64,000 bases of DNA. It comes from an uncultured Verrucomicrobiae bacterium (lineage in GTDB: Bacteria; Verrucomicrobiota; Verrucomicrobiia; Limisphaerales; UBA11358). Below the pieces are notes generated by a model. The model had not been told where the DNA came from and did no database searches. It worked only from the letters and a program-made list of their open reading frames with translations. This document shows, in pieces, positions 26,539-36,156 of this stretch. Both the position numbers and the translations under genes were made by a program. The stretch lies in assembly GCA_963780535.1 (NCBI GenBank), contig CAWACS010000025.1:2396-66395 (forward strand), given 5' to 3'. Within the stretch, counting starts at the first letter, position 1. Each line of letters begins with the position of its first letter.

Positions 26539-28020
26539 ATGCGCCCGCTGATCCAGGAAATCACCACGGCGCACACGCCTGAATCGTTCGTCAACGCATT
26601 GCCCGGCGGGCCGGGAATGGTTCTGCTGCGAAGCTCGTCTTTTGACTCACCGCAGGCGCGCTACTCGCTGGTGGCGGCAAATCCGTTTCTCACCTTTCGT
26701 TCCTTCGGTTCGCGCTGTGAAATCACCAGACGCCCGACCCCAGACGCCCGACCCCAGACGCAATTCGGCAACCCGTGGCAAATTTTGGACGCACTCATGG
26801 CGCGGTTTGAATTGCTGGACGAAATCGACCTGCCGTTTCCGCTGGGCGGCTGCTTTGGTTATTGGGGTTACGATCTGAAGAATTTCACGGAACCGAAACT
26901 CCCGCGCCACGCGGTGAACGACCTGGAACTGCCCGATTGCCACGTCGGCTTCTACGACAGCCTGGTTGTGTTTGACCACCGTCTCGGCAAAGTTTGCGTC
27001 GTTTCCACCGGGCTTGATGCCGACGGCTCGCGGAGCGAAAGGCGGGCATCGGAGCAAATGGAAACGTGGTGGGCACTCTTGTCTGCCAACGGTCATGGCA
27101 GGGCGGGCAGTCCTCTGCCCGCCGCCGGCCAATCGCTGGCCAGCCAGCGGTGCGCGCGGAGTGACGCGCCCCACCTTCAATCCAATTTATCCCGCGCCGA
27201 ATTTCTCGACCGCGTCGAACGCGCCCAGCGCTACATCCGCGCCGGCGACATTTATCAAGTCAATCTTTCGCAACGACTCACCGCGCCCGGTCATTTGCCC
27301 GGCTGGGAACTATTCCAACGATTGAGCTCTGTTTCACCTGCTCCTTTTTCAGCGTTCTTCGACTTCGGCGATTTCCAGACCGCGTCGTCGTCCCCGGAAT
27401 TGTTTTTGCGCCTGAGCGGTTCACACATCGTTACCCGGCCCATCAAAGGTACGCGCCCGCGCGACGCCGAGCCGACCCGCGACGCGCAACTCGCCTACCA
27501 ACTTCAAACCAGCGCCAAGGAACTCGCGGAACTGATCATGATCACCGATTTGCTCCGCAACGATCTCGGCCGGGTTTGCGAGTTTGGTTCCGTGCAAGTC
27601 CCGGAACTGGCCAAGCTGGAAAAATTCGCGCAGGTGCAGCACTTGGTTTCAACCGTCGAGGGGCGGTTGCGGCCGGACGTAACCCACTTTGCCGCGCTGG
27701 CCTCATGTTTTCCCGGAGGCAGCATCACCGGCGCGCCGAAATTTCGCGCCATGGAAATCATCGATGAACTGGAGTCCATCGCGCGCGGGCCTTACTGCGG
27801 CTGTCACGGCTACCTCGGGTTCAACCGTGAAAGCCAGTTGAGCATCACCATCCGCACGGCTATTTGCAAGGACGGCCTCGCGCATTTCAACGTCGGCGCG
27901 GGCATTGTGGCCGATTCAATTCCTGAAGCGGAATATGAAGAGACGCTCGCGAAAGCCGCAGGTTTTCTGGCGGCGGTGAATTGCAGGGACCGAAATGAGG
28001 AGCCTCTGCCTAATTTATGA
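26539..28020 (+). CDS. pabB: aminodeoxychorismate synthase component I
   Basis: Chorismate-binding domain with PGGSITGAPKFRAMEIIDELE and GPYCGCHGYLG. Called pabB rather than trpE because a class IV aminotransferase (PabC-like) follows. Confidence 0.75.
   Translation: MRPLIQEITTAHTPESFVNALPGGPGMVLLRSSSFDSPQARYSLVAANPFLTFRSFGSRCEITRRPTPDARPQTQFGNPWQILDALMARFELLDEIDLPFPLGGCFGYWGYDLKNFTEPKLPRHAVNDLELPDCHVGFYDSLVVFDHRLGKVCVVSTGLDADGSRSERRASEQMETWWALLSANGHGRAGSPLPAAGQSLASQRCARSDAPHLQSNLSRAEFLDRVERAQRYIRAGDIYQVNLSQRLTAPGHLPGWELFQRLSSVSPAPFSAFFDFGDFQTASSSPELFLRLSGSHIVTRPIKGTRPRDAEPTRDAQLAYQLQTSAKELAELIMITDLLRNDLGRVCEFGSVQVPELAKLEKFAQVQHLVSTVEGRLRPDVTHFAALASCFPGGSITGAPKFRAMEIIDELESIARGPYCGCHGYLGFNRESQLSITIRTAICKDGLAHFNVGAGIVADSIPEAEYEETLAKAAGFLAAVNCRDRNEEPLPNL
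26727..26761. repeat. tandem 14-mer (CAGACGCCCGACCC) x2.5 inside pabB
   Basis: Read directly. Translated as RRPTPDARPQTQ. Confidence 0.8.
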
Positions 28021-28088
28021 TTGATGATTTGCGATTCATGATTTTTCCCGTTTCGGGCGCGCGGCCGGAGCGATCATCAATCGTAAAT
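28013..28088. repeat. inverted repeat with GATTNNN heptamer-like arms; contains the pabB stop codon
   Basis: atttatgattgatgatt (28013-28029) against the reverse complement of 28072-28088, atttacgattgatgatc. 15/17 identical. The TGA at 28018-28020 lies in the left arm. Confidence 0.65.
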
Positions 28089-28150
28089 GGAGTATTTTTC
28101 CACTCGCGGAACGACCCGGTTTCGGATATTGGGAGACGCATTAGGAACGC

Positions 28151-28984
28151 ATGATCACCTTTCTCAACGGCCGGTTTGTGCCCGAAGCGCAGGCGCTCAT
28201 TCCAGTCAACGACCGTGGTTTCATGTATGGCGACGGGCTTTTCGAGACCGTGCGCGTCGTGAACGGCCGGCCGTTCCGCCTGGCGCAGCATCTGGAACGC
28301 ATGACGCGCGGCGCGGATTTCCTGAAGATCAAACCGCCGTTTGCGCCGAGGGAATTGCAACAGTTCGCGGAACAACTCATCGAACAAAATCAAATGCCGG
28401 AGGCGGTTTTGCGCGTGACGCTGACCCGCGGACCGGGCGAGCGCGGGTACACGCCGAACGCGGAAGGCAGACCAACGGTCGTCATGACGTTGCATGCCGC
28501 ACCCGCCCCGGAAAATCCAATTCATTGGAGTTTGATCACGTCGGCATTCCGGGTGCCGGCCGCCGATCCGTTGTCGTCCTTCAAGACCCTGAACAAGCTC
28601 ACGCACGTCATGGCGCGCGCCGAGGCGGTGGCCAGCGGCGCGGACGAAGCGCTGTTGATCAATACGAACGGTGAAGTGGCGGAAACCGCCAGCGGCAATT
28701 TGTTCTGGGTCTATAACGACAAGATTTGCACGACGCCGACGGGCCGCGGCGTGCTGCCGGGCATCACGCGCGCGGTGGTGCTGGAAATCTGCCAGGCCCT
28801 GGGCTTGCCGACCAACAAACGGGTCATCAAGCCCGAGGCGCTGAGAAATTCCGAGGGCATCTTCGTCACGCAAAGCGCGCTGGGGATTGTTCCGGTGGCG
28901 ACGTTCAACGGCGAGCCGATCGCGCCCTCGCCGCTGGTGGACCACATTTTCTCCGCGTATCGCGAATCGCTGGCCAAGCCCTAG
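28151..28984 (+). CDS. pabC: aminodeoxychorismate lyase (class IV aminotransferase fold)
   Basis: MITFLNGRFVPEAQALIPVNDRGFMYGDGLFETVRV and GVLPGITR motifs of fold-type IV PLP enzymes. Adjacent to pabB. Confidence 0.7.
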   Translation: MITFLNGRFVPEAQALIPVNDRGFMYGDGLFETVRVVNGRPFRLAQHLERMTRGADFLKIKPPFAPRELQQFAEQLIEQNQMPEAVLRVTLTRGPGERGYTPNAEGRPTVVMTLHAAPAPENPIHWSLITSAFRVPAADPLSSFKTLNKLTHVMARAEAVASGADEALLINTNGEVAETASGNLFWVYNDKICTTPTGRGVLPGITRAVVLEICQALGLPTNKRVIKPEALRNSEGIFVTQSALGIVPVATFNGEPIAPSPLVDHIFSAYRESLAKP

Positions 28985-29301
28985 GCGCCCAACCACGACA
29001 CCGACCGCCCTCCGCTCGAATTCCTTCAGCCAATAACAGCCGAAGCGCGGGATCGCCAGTCGTTTAATAATCCTCATTAGTCACCATCAAATCGCCTGGA
29101 TGCCCTTGAAATCAGCCGTGTTGCCGGCGTAGGTTGGCTTGGGAAACAGCGAAGCCGATGGGAAAGGCGCCGCCGGCTTGAAACCGTGGAGGCAGTTTAT
29201 GGTCGAAATGCAAGTCCAACGGGTACAGAAAGCCCGGCGCGAACCGGGAGCGAGGGCGTCCGCAATCCTGCACACCCTTTTCAAGAAAACCGGAGGTCGT
29301 T

Positions 29302-30003
29302 ATGATTGAAACTCGCAGCGTTGATCCCTGTCTGTCGTTCATCAGCAGCCAGTTGCAGTCCGCCGGCGAAGCGGGAGCGCGCGCAGAAAACGGGGTCCGG
29401 CGGGCGGTGACCCTTTCCCGGCAGACGGGTTGCGGAGCGCTGGTGGTTGCTGAAAAGCTGGCGCATTATTTGCAACTACATTCCAAGCGCACCGCTGCCT
29501 GGACTGTCTTTGACCGCAATCTCATGGACAAGGTCCTCGAGGACCATAATCTGCCCGCTTATCTGGCCAGGTTCCTGCCCGAGGACCGCATCTCGCAGCT
29601 TGAGGATTTCCTGGACGAAATGTTTGAGGTGCATCCTCCAGTGCGCACCATCGTCCACCAAACCGCCGAAACGCTGCTCAAGCTGGCCGCGCTGGGCAAT
29701 GTGATTCTCATCGGCCGCGGGGGCAACGTGGTGACGTCCAGATTGCCGGACGTGTTGCACGTGCGGCTGGTGGCTCCGCTCGAGAAACGCATCGAACACG
29801 CCCATAAATGCTACAACATGACCAGGGCTGACGCGCGCCAGTTCTGCCTCACGGAAGACCGGGGCCGCGCCCGCTATCTGAAGAAATATTTTAACGCCGA
29901 CATCAACGATCCGCTCCTCTATCACATGGTCATCAACACCGGGGAGATGAATTATGATGCCGCGGCCAAAATTATTGGAGAAGCGGTTTTGAATCCGGAC
30001 TGA
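29302..30003 (+). CDS. cytidylate kinase-like family protein
   Basis: GGAGG sits 7 nt before the ATG. TLSRQTGCGALVVAEKLAHYL resembles the ISRxxGSGG P-loop-like start of the PF13189-type family. The assignment is from memory. Confidence 0.55.
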   Translation: MIETRSVDPCLSFISSQLQSAGEAGARAENGVRRAVTLSRQTGCGALVVAEKLAHYLQLHSKRTAAWTVFDRNLMDKVLEDHNLPAYLARFLPEDRISQLEDFLDEMFEVHPPVRTIVHQTAETLLKLAALGNVILIGRGGNVVTSRLPDVLHVRLVAPLEKRIEHAHKCYNMTRADARQFCLTEDRGRARYLKKYFNADINDPLLYHMVINTGEMNYDAAAKIIGEAVLNPD

Positions 30004-30062
30004 TGGAATCGCTTCCGGCCCATTAAAGCCCGCCTTGTCCGGTTTTTGAGTTCAGTCTTGGG

Positions 30063-31160
30063 TTGGCGCGGCGATTATGGCTTAATCCCGGCGTGTCTTA
30101 CGACACCCGGCATCATTCAAACCCTGTACGGCGCGGAAAAAACGGCGGCTGGTTGTGGCTGCTCGTGGTGGGCGTCCTAATCCTGCCGGCCTGGCTCTGG
30201 TGGCGGCATGAACATCCCGGGAAAATTGTCCGGCCCGCATCCGCCGCCGCCGCGAAGCGGGCACAACCGCTGGTTTTGACACGCCAATCGCCAGGCGATT
30301 TTCCGCGACCGGTTCGCGACGTGCTGGAAGCGCAAATCGCGCTGGCGCGCCGGGCGATTTCGCCGGGTTCCATTGACAGCGCGCCCGGTTCCCAGACCCG
30401 CGAGGCCCTTGCGGTCTTTCAACAAATTCAAAATCTGCCCGTGACCGGCCGGCTGGACACCAACACCTGTGCCCAGCTCACGCTCGGCGCACCGCTGTTG
30501 ACGGCCTACACCGTCACGACGAATGATCTGGCGCGTCTCCAGCCCATCGGAAAAACATGGCTGGCCAAATCACAGCAAACCGCGCTGGACTTTGAAACGG
30601 AGCTCGAATTGGTGGCCGAAAGGAGCCATTCGAACCCCAAGTTGATTCAGCGGCTCAACCCGGGGATCAATTGGACGAACGTCGCGCCGGGCACGGTCTT
30701 GAAAATTCCCGACGTGAATTATCCCACGCCGACGGACAAGGCCGCATTTGTAATCATCCACCTTGACGAAAAATTCCTGGAGGCGTTTGGGTCGGAAACC
30801 AACCTGCTGGCGCACTTTCCGTGCAGCATCGCGGCGCGCGTTGAGAAACGGCCGGTGGGCGAATTGCACGTCGTCGTCATCGCGCCGAACCCGAATTATA
30901 CCGTGGACCCTGAACTCTTCCCCGAATCGCCCGAATTGGAGGCCATCGGCCACAAGCTGATTTTGCCGCCCGGACCGAACAACCCCGTCGGCGTGGCCTG
31001 GATCGGCCTGGACAAAACCGGTTATGGCATTCATGGCACGCCGATCCCCGAACAAATCGGACGCACGGAATCGCACGGCTGCTTCCGGCTGGCGAATTGG
31101 GACGCCGCGTACCTGATGCAACTGGCGTGGACGGGCATGCCGGTATTAGTGGAACCGTAA
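30063..31160 (+). CDS. L,D-transpeptidase (YkuD) with peptidoglycan-binding domain
   Basis: TREALAVFQQIQNLPVTGRLD (PG_binding_1-like) and catalytic YGIHGTPIPEQIGRTESHGCFRL. The start is uncertain (TTG at 30063). Confidence 0.8.
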   Translation: MARRLWLNPGVSYDTRHHSNPVRRGKNGGWLWLLVVGVLILPAWLWWRHEHPGKIVRPASAAAAKRAQPLVLTRQSPGDFPRPVRDVLEAQIALARRAISPGSIDSAPGSQTREALAVFQQIQNLPVTGRLDTNTCAQLTLGAPLLTAYTVTTNDLARLQPIGKTWLAKSQQTALDFETELELVAERSHSNPKLIQRLNPGINWTNVAPGTVLKIPDVNYPTPTDKAAFVIIHLDEKFLEAFGSETNLLAHFPCSIAARVEKRPVGELHVVVIAPNPNYTVDPELFPESPELEAIGHKLILPPGPNNPVGVAWIGLDKTGYGIHGTPIPEQIGRTESHGCFRLANWDAAYLMQLAWTGMPVLVEP

Positions 31161-31318
31161 CGGGGAAATGAACTTGCTCCGGTCAAAGGCTTGGGTTAAG
31201 AATCCGCCTTCAGACCTGACGGTGGGGCGCGCCGGGCCGGGATGGGATTGATCAAACAACAAACAAGCATGGATCGAATCTCGGGCGGCCACACACCAGA
31301 ACATCGCCACAGGCTGGG

Positions 31319-33283
31319 GTGACCATGCAGAACTCTTCCAAAAAGCAGGAGGTTCCGGGGAAAAATCCGGAACCGCCACAACTCATCGATGACCGTTTCA
31401 AATTGATCGCCCGCGCGACGAATGACGTGTTTTGGGACTGGAACCTGGAAACGGACGCGGTGTGGCGCAGTGAAGGTGCCAGCGAAACCTTTGGCTATCC
31501 GCCGGACGAGCTGGCTTCGGACATCAATTTCTGGTTCAACCGCATTCATCCGGAAGACCTTAGCCGGGTGCGGGAAAGCATCCGGGCGATAATCGACAGC
31601 GGCCAGGAATCCTGGCGGGAAGAATACCGCTTCCGGTGCAAGGACGAGGTGTATGCCGCCGTACTGGATCGCGGTTACGTGGTTCGCAACGCCGAGGGCA
31701 AGCCCGTGCGCATGGTCGGCGCATTGATGAACATTTCCCAACATAAGGAGATGGAAACCAAATGGCTGGAAGAGCGCAACCTGCTGCGCGCCCTGGTGGA
31801 CAACCTGCCGAACTGCATCTACACCAAGGATATGGCCGCGCGAAAAACATTGTCCAACGCCGCCGAGGTCCGGGCTTTGGGTTGTAATAGCGAAGCCGAG
31901 GTCCTGGGCAAAACCGATTTCGATTTTTACCCCAAGGAAATCGCCGAACAACTTTTTAAAGACGACCTGGAGGTCTTGAAAGGGCACTCCCAAATCAATC
32001 GTGAGGAAAAGCTCGTCAACGCCAAGGGGGCTGTCTTTTGGACCATCACCACCAAGGTTCCCCGGCGTGACGCCGCCGGCAACATCATCGGCCTGATCGG
32101 CGGCGGACATGACATCACCAAACAAAAGGAAGCGGAACTCAAGCTGACGGCCGAGCGCAACTTGTTGCGCACAGTCATTGATAACCTGCCTGATTGCATT
32201 TACGCAAAAGACCGGGAGGCGCGCAAGGTCATGGCCAACCTGGGCGATGTGAAAAACATGGGCCGCATGACCGACGCCGAGGTCCTGGGAAAGACCGACT
32301 TTGAACTCTTCCCGCATGACATTGCCGCGGCATTTTTCGCCGATGATGAAGCCGTGATGAAAACCGGAGAACCGGTCGTCAATCGTGAAGAAAAAGTGGT
32401 GAGGCCGGACGGCGAAGTCCGCTGGCTGCTGACGACAAAGGTTCCATGGCATGACGCCAACGGCAACATCATCGGTCTGGTTGGCATCGGCCGCGACATC
32501 ACCGACAAGAAACATCTGGAGGAACAGTTCCTGCGCGCCCAGCGGCTGGAAAGCATCGGCCGTCTGGCCACCGGCATCGCCCACGACCTGAACAACATCC
32601 TGGCGCCTATTCTGATTTCCACCACGTTGCTGCGGCAAAAGATTCAAGACGATGAAGGTTTGGAAATGCTGACCCGGCTCGAGGCCAGCGCCAAACGCGG
32701 AGCCAACATCGTCAGACAGGTGCTGGGGTTTGGCCGCGGTCTGGAAGGCCAGCGGATGCCGGTGAACTCCCAACTGCTCATCAAAGACATCATCCATATC
32801 ACCACCGAAACCTTCAGCAAATCCATCCAGGTTGAAACCACCGTTGCCCCGGATGCCGGGTTTGTTTCCGGCGACATGACGCAATTGCACCAGGTTCTGC
32901 TTAACCTTTGCGTCAATGCGCGTGACTCCATGCCCCAAGGCGGCAAATTAACGTTGCGGGTGCGTAACTTCGTCGCCGACGCCCACTTTGTCAGCCTTAA
33001 TCCGGAGGCCAAACCGGCGGCGTATGTGCTGTTTGAGGTCACGGACTCGGGTCATGGCATTCCGCCGAAGGTCCGTGACCGGATTTTTGAACCCTTCTTC
33101 ACCACCAAGGAACTGGGCAAGGGCACCGGCCTGGGCCTGTCCACCACCCTGTCCATCGTCAAAAGCCATGGCGGTTTCATCCTCGTGGACAGCGAATCTG
33201 GAAAAGGCACCACGTTTCAAGTCTATCTGCCAGCAATGTCCAAGGCCGACCTGGATAAGGCCCGGCTCAAAGCGAGCCGTTGA
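31319..33283 (+). CDS. triple-PAS sensor histidine kinase
   Basis: Three PAS repeats (ERNLLRALVDNLPNCIYTKD and ERNLLRTVIDNLPDCIYAKD), H-box GIAHDLNNILAPI, HATPase motifs (DSGHGI, GTGLGLS). Confidence 0.85.
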   Translation: MTMQNSSKKQEVPGKNPEPPQLIDDRFKLIARATNDVFWDWNLETDAVWRSEGASETFGYPPDELASDINFWFNRIHPEDLSRVRESIRAIIDSGQESWREEYRFRCKDEVYAAVLDRGYVVRNAEGKPVRMVGALMNISQHKEMETKWLEERNLLRALVDNLPNCIYTKDMAARKTLSNAAEVRALGCNSEAEVLGKTDFDFYPKEIAEQLFKDDLEVLKGHSQINREEKLVNAKGAVFWTITTKVPRRDAAGNIIGLIGGGHDITKQKEAELKLTAERNLLRTVIDNLPDCIYAKDREARKVMANLGDVKNMGRMTDAEVLGKTDFELFPHDIAAAFFADDEAVMKTGEPVVNREEKVVRPDGEVRWLLTTKVPWHDANGNIIGLVGIGRDITDKKHLEEQFLRAQRLESIGRLATGIAHDLNNILAPILISTTLLRQKIQDDEGLEMLTRLEASAKRGANIVRQVLGFGRGLEGQRMPVNSQLLIKDIIHITTETFSKSIQVETTVAPDAGFVSGDMTQLHQVLLNLCVNARDSMPQGGKLTLRVRNFVADAHFVSLNPEAKPAAYVLFEVTDSGHGIPPKVRDRIFEPFFTTKELGKGTGLGLSTTLSIVKSHGGFILVDSESGKGTTFQVYLPAMSKADLDKARLKASR

Positions 33284-33441
33284 TCCTGCCAGGGTTTCAC
33301 GCCGGCGCCGGCCGCGTTTAAGAACGCTGGCTGGCCGGCCGATTTCAAAGCCGTTGGGCGATTCCAAAATGGCGGTCAAATTATCATTGCCCGGAGGCGG
33401 GCTTTGACCTAATGGTTAGGCAACCTGAACAAAGGAAAAAC

Positions 33442-34044
33442 ATGCCTGTTATATTGATTTTTGTCGTCATCGTGCTGGTGGTGGCGCTGGGCCTCGCCGG
33501 CTTGGTCATCGGCGGTTACAATAAACTCGTCACCCTGCGCAACCGGTTCAAGAACGCCTACGCGCAGATTGACGTGCAGCTCAAGCGCCGCTACGACCTG
33601 ATTCCCAATCTCGTCGAGACCGCCAAGGGGTACATCAAACACGAACGCGAGACACTCGAAGCCGTCACCCAGGCGCGTAACATCGCTTATGCCGCCGCGA
33701 AGGCCGCCGCCGCCAATCCCGGCGACGCCAGCGCCATGAAAACCCTCGGTTCCGCCGAAACCGGCCTCGGCGGCACGCTCAGCCGGCTGATGATGGTTTC
33801 CGAAGCCTATCCCGATCTGAAGGCGAACCAGAACATGATGCAGCTCACCGAGGAGTTGACCTCCACGGAAAATAAAATCTCCTTCGCCCGGCAGGCCTAC
33901 AACGACTCGGTCATGACCTACAACACCGACCGGGAGGTTTTCCCCAGCAACCTCATTGCCGGCATGTTCAACTTCGGCCCGGCGGAACTGTTCGTCATCG
34001 ACAAGCCGGAGCAAAAGGACGCGCCGAAGGTCTCGTTTTCGTAA
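33442..34044 (+). CDS. lemA: LemA family protein
   Basis: An N-terminal TM helix, then YNKLVTLRNRFKNAYAQIDVQLKRRYDLIPNLVETAKGY, a canonical LemA sequence. AAAGGAAAAAC precedes the ATG. Confidence 0.85.
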   Translation: MPVILIFVVIVLVVALGLAGLVIGGYNKLVTLRNRFKNAYAQIDVQLKRRYDLIPNLVETAKGYIKHERETLEAVTQARNIAYAAAKAAAANPGDASAMKTLGSAETGLGGTLSRLMMVSEAYPDLKANQNMMQLTEELTSTENKISFARQAYNDSVMTYNTDREVFPSNLIAGMFNFGPAELFVIDKPEQKDAPKVSFS

Positions 34045-34049
34045 ATCGC

Positions 34050-34112
34050 GGGAGGGACGGCGGACCGCCGTCCCCAATTAATTCCCGGGACGGCAAAAGG
34101 CCGCCCCTCCCC
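34050..34112. repeat. GGGAG-type double-hairpin element filling the lemA-M48 spacer
   Basis: GGGAGGGACGGCGGACCGCCGTCCCC - aattaattcc - CGGGACGGCAAAAGGCCGCCCCTCCCC. The inner 10-bp palindrome GGGACGGCGG/CCGCCGTCCC was read directly. Confidence 0.6.
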
Positions 34113-34114
34113 AA

Positions 34115-36091
34115 ATGGATTTTTTCGCGCAGCAGGACAAGACTCGCCGCAAAACCAAGCTGCTTGTTTTTTATTTTGCGCTCGCCGTCGCGGCCCTCAT
34201 TGTCGCCGTCTATTTCGCATCGCTCGTCATTTTTACTGGCGCGCAATCGCACTACCATCGTTACGGCGAGGAACCGCCATTCGCGTTGTGGAACCCGCAA
34301 CTGTTCCTGGGCGTGGCCGCCGGCGTGCTGGCGGTCATCCTCATCGGCAGCGGCTATAAAACCGTGGCGCTGGCTCAGGGCGGCAGTGTGGTATCGGAAA
34401 TGATGGGCGGCCGGCTCGTCAACCCGAACACGACTGATCCCGACGAACGCAAACTGCGCAATGTCGTCGAGGAAATGGCCATCGCCTCCGGCGTGCCCGT
34501 GCCCCAGGTCTATGTCATGGACACGGAGGACGGCATCAATGCCTTCGCGGCTGGTCACAAACCCGGGGACGCCACCATCACCGTCACCCGCGGCTGCATG
34601 AAATTGCTTTCGCGCGATGAATTGCAGGGCGTTATCGGCCACGAATTCAGCCATATTCTGAATGGGGACATGCGGCTCAACCTCCGGCTCATGGGCATCA
34701 TCTTCGGCATTCTTTGCCTCGCCATTATCGGCCGGGTTCTCCTGCAAACCGCGCGCGGCGGCGGACGCGGGCGGGGACAAAATCCCCTGCCGCTGCTCGG
34801 TTTGTTGCTGCTGGTCATCGGCTACATCGGCGTCTTTTTTGGGCGCCTCATCCAGGCCGCCGTCAGCCGCCAGCGCGAATTTCTGGCCGACGCCTCGTCC
34901 GTTCAGTTCACGCGCAATCCGGGAGGCATCACCGGCGCGCTGAAAAAAATCGGCGGCCTGGGGGAAACGGGCTCGCGCCTGAGCCACGCCCATGCCGAGG
35001 AATTGTCCCACATGTTTTTCGGAAATGGCGTCAGCGAACCGTTCATTGGCCTGCTGGAAACCCATCCGCCGCTCACGGACCGCATCCGGGTTTTCGACCC
35101 GAATTTTGATGGAAAATTTGCCTACCTTCGCTACGACGGGCGCGACCGGCCGCCGGAACAAGTTCCATCACCCAAACGCCCGCCCCTGCCCAATCTGTTC
35201 GGCACCGTGCTCGGCGGCGCCATTCTTGCCTCCGGTGACACCGAAAAACCGCCGGTCATCCGATCGCATTCCGTCCTGCCGAATCTGGGCAATCCGACGC
35301 CGCTGCATCTGCGTTACGCCGAGCAATTGCGCGATTCGCTGCCCGACAGCGTCAAAGCGGCTGCGCGCGTGCCCCTGGACGCCGTTGCGCTGATTTACGC
35401 CATGTTGCTGAGTCCGGACGAACCGGTGCGCGCAACACAGTTGGCCGGGCTGGCCCAGCGGGTGGACCCGGCGATTCAACAAAAGACCGCCACGCTGTTT
35501 CCCGATGTCACCTCGGCCGCCGCGCACGCGCATTTGCCCATGATCAACCTCGCCCTGGGCGCGTTGCGGCATTTGACCACCGACCAGTTCACGCAATTCT
35601 CGCAGACACTCCAATGGCTCATCGAAAGCCACGGCCGGGTGGAATTGTTCGAGTTTGTTCTCCAAAAAATTGTGCTGCATCACCTCGGCCCGCAATTCGG
35701 CCAGGGCGGGCGCACCGTGGTGCAATATTATTCCATCAAGCCGCTGGTGCCGGATTGCGCCGTGCTGCTTTCGGCGCTGGCCTACGTCAGCAGCAATGAC
35801 ACCGCGGAAATTCAAAAGGCTTTTGGGACCGGCATGCCCTATTTGCGCGCGCCAGACGAGACCGATCTGGTATTGCTCCCACGCAAACAATGCGACGTAA
35901 ACCAGATGGACCCCGCGCTCAACCGCCTTGCCCAAGCCGTGCCGACGATCAAGAAGAACCTGCTCGAAGCCTGCATTCACACCGTCGGCGCCGATGGCGT
36001 CATTTTGGAAGCGGAAGCCGAACTGCTCCGGGCCATTGCCGACACGCTCGATTGCCCGATGCCGCCTTTTATTGCCGGGGAAAACCCGTAG
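34115..36091 (+). CDS. M48-family zinc metallopeptidase with C-terminal TerB-like domain
   Basis: HEFSHILNGD (HExxH). TM helices flank the protease core. C-terminal LEACIHTVGADGVILEAEAELLRAIADTL is TerB-like. The LemA-M48 pairing is common. Confidence 0.8.
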   Translation: MDFFAQQDKTRRKTKLLVFYFALAVAALIVAVYFASLVIFTGAQSHYHRYGEEPPFALWNPQLFLGVAAGVLAVILIGSGYKTVALAQGGSVVSEMMGGRLVNPNTTDPDERKLRNVVEEMAIASGVPVPQVYVMDTEDGINAFAAGHKPGDATITVTRGCMKLLSRDELQGVIGHEFSHILNGDMRLNLRLMGIIFGILCLAIIGRVLLQTARGGGRGRGQNPLPLLGLLLLVIGYIGVFFGRLIQAAVSRQREFLADASSVQFTRNPGGITGALKKIGGLGETGSRLSHAHAEELSHMFFGNGVSEPFIGLLETHPPLTDRIRVFDPNFDGKFAYLRYDGRDRPPEQVPSPKRPPLPNLFGTVLGGAILASGDTEKPPVIRSHSVLPNLGNPTPLHLRYAEQLRDSLPDSVKAAARVPLDAVALIYAMLLSPDEPVRATQLAGLAQRVDPAIQQKTATLFPDVTSAAAHAHLPMINLALGALRHLTTDQFTQFSQTLQWLIESHGRVELFEFVLQKIVLHHLGPQFGQGGRTVVQYYSIKPLVPDCAVLLSALAYVSSNDTAEIQKAFGTGMPYLRAPDETDLVLLPRKQCDVNQMDPALNRLAQAVPTIKKNLLEACIHTVGADGVILEAEAELLRAIADTLDCPMPPFIAGENP

Positions 36092-36111
36092 CCGCGTTTG
36101 TCAAAACGCGG
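36092..36111. terminator. hairpin between convergent M48 and pheT genes
   Basis: CCGCGTTT-gtca-AAACGCGG directly after the M48 stop. No clear T-run. Confidence 0.35.
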
Positions 36112-36156
36112 ACAAACCATCCGGGAGGACCATGCCTTCACAGGCACGGCGGCAAC

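Noticed and set aside
29087-29342. Two overlapping small minus-strand ORFs (65 and 76 aa)
   Set aside because: They have no start context, an odd composition and mutual overlap. The region is treated as non-coding.
31196-32938. 580-aa minus-strand ORF
   Set aside because: It is antisense to the PAS histidine kinase and has no recognisable motifs. A shadow ORF.
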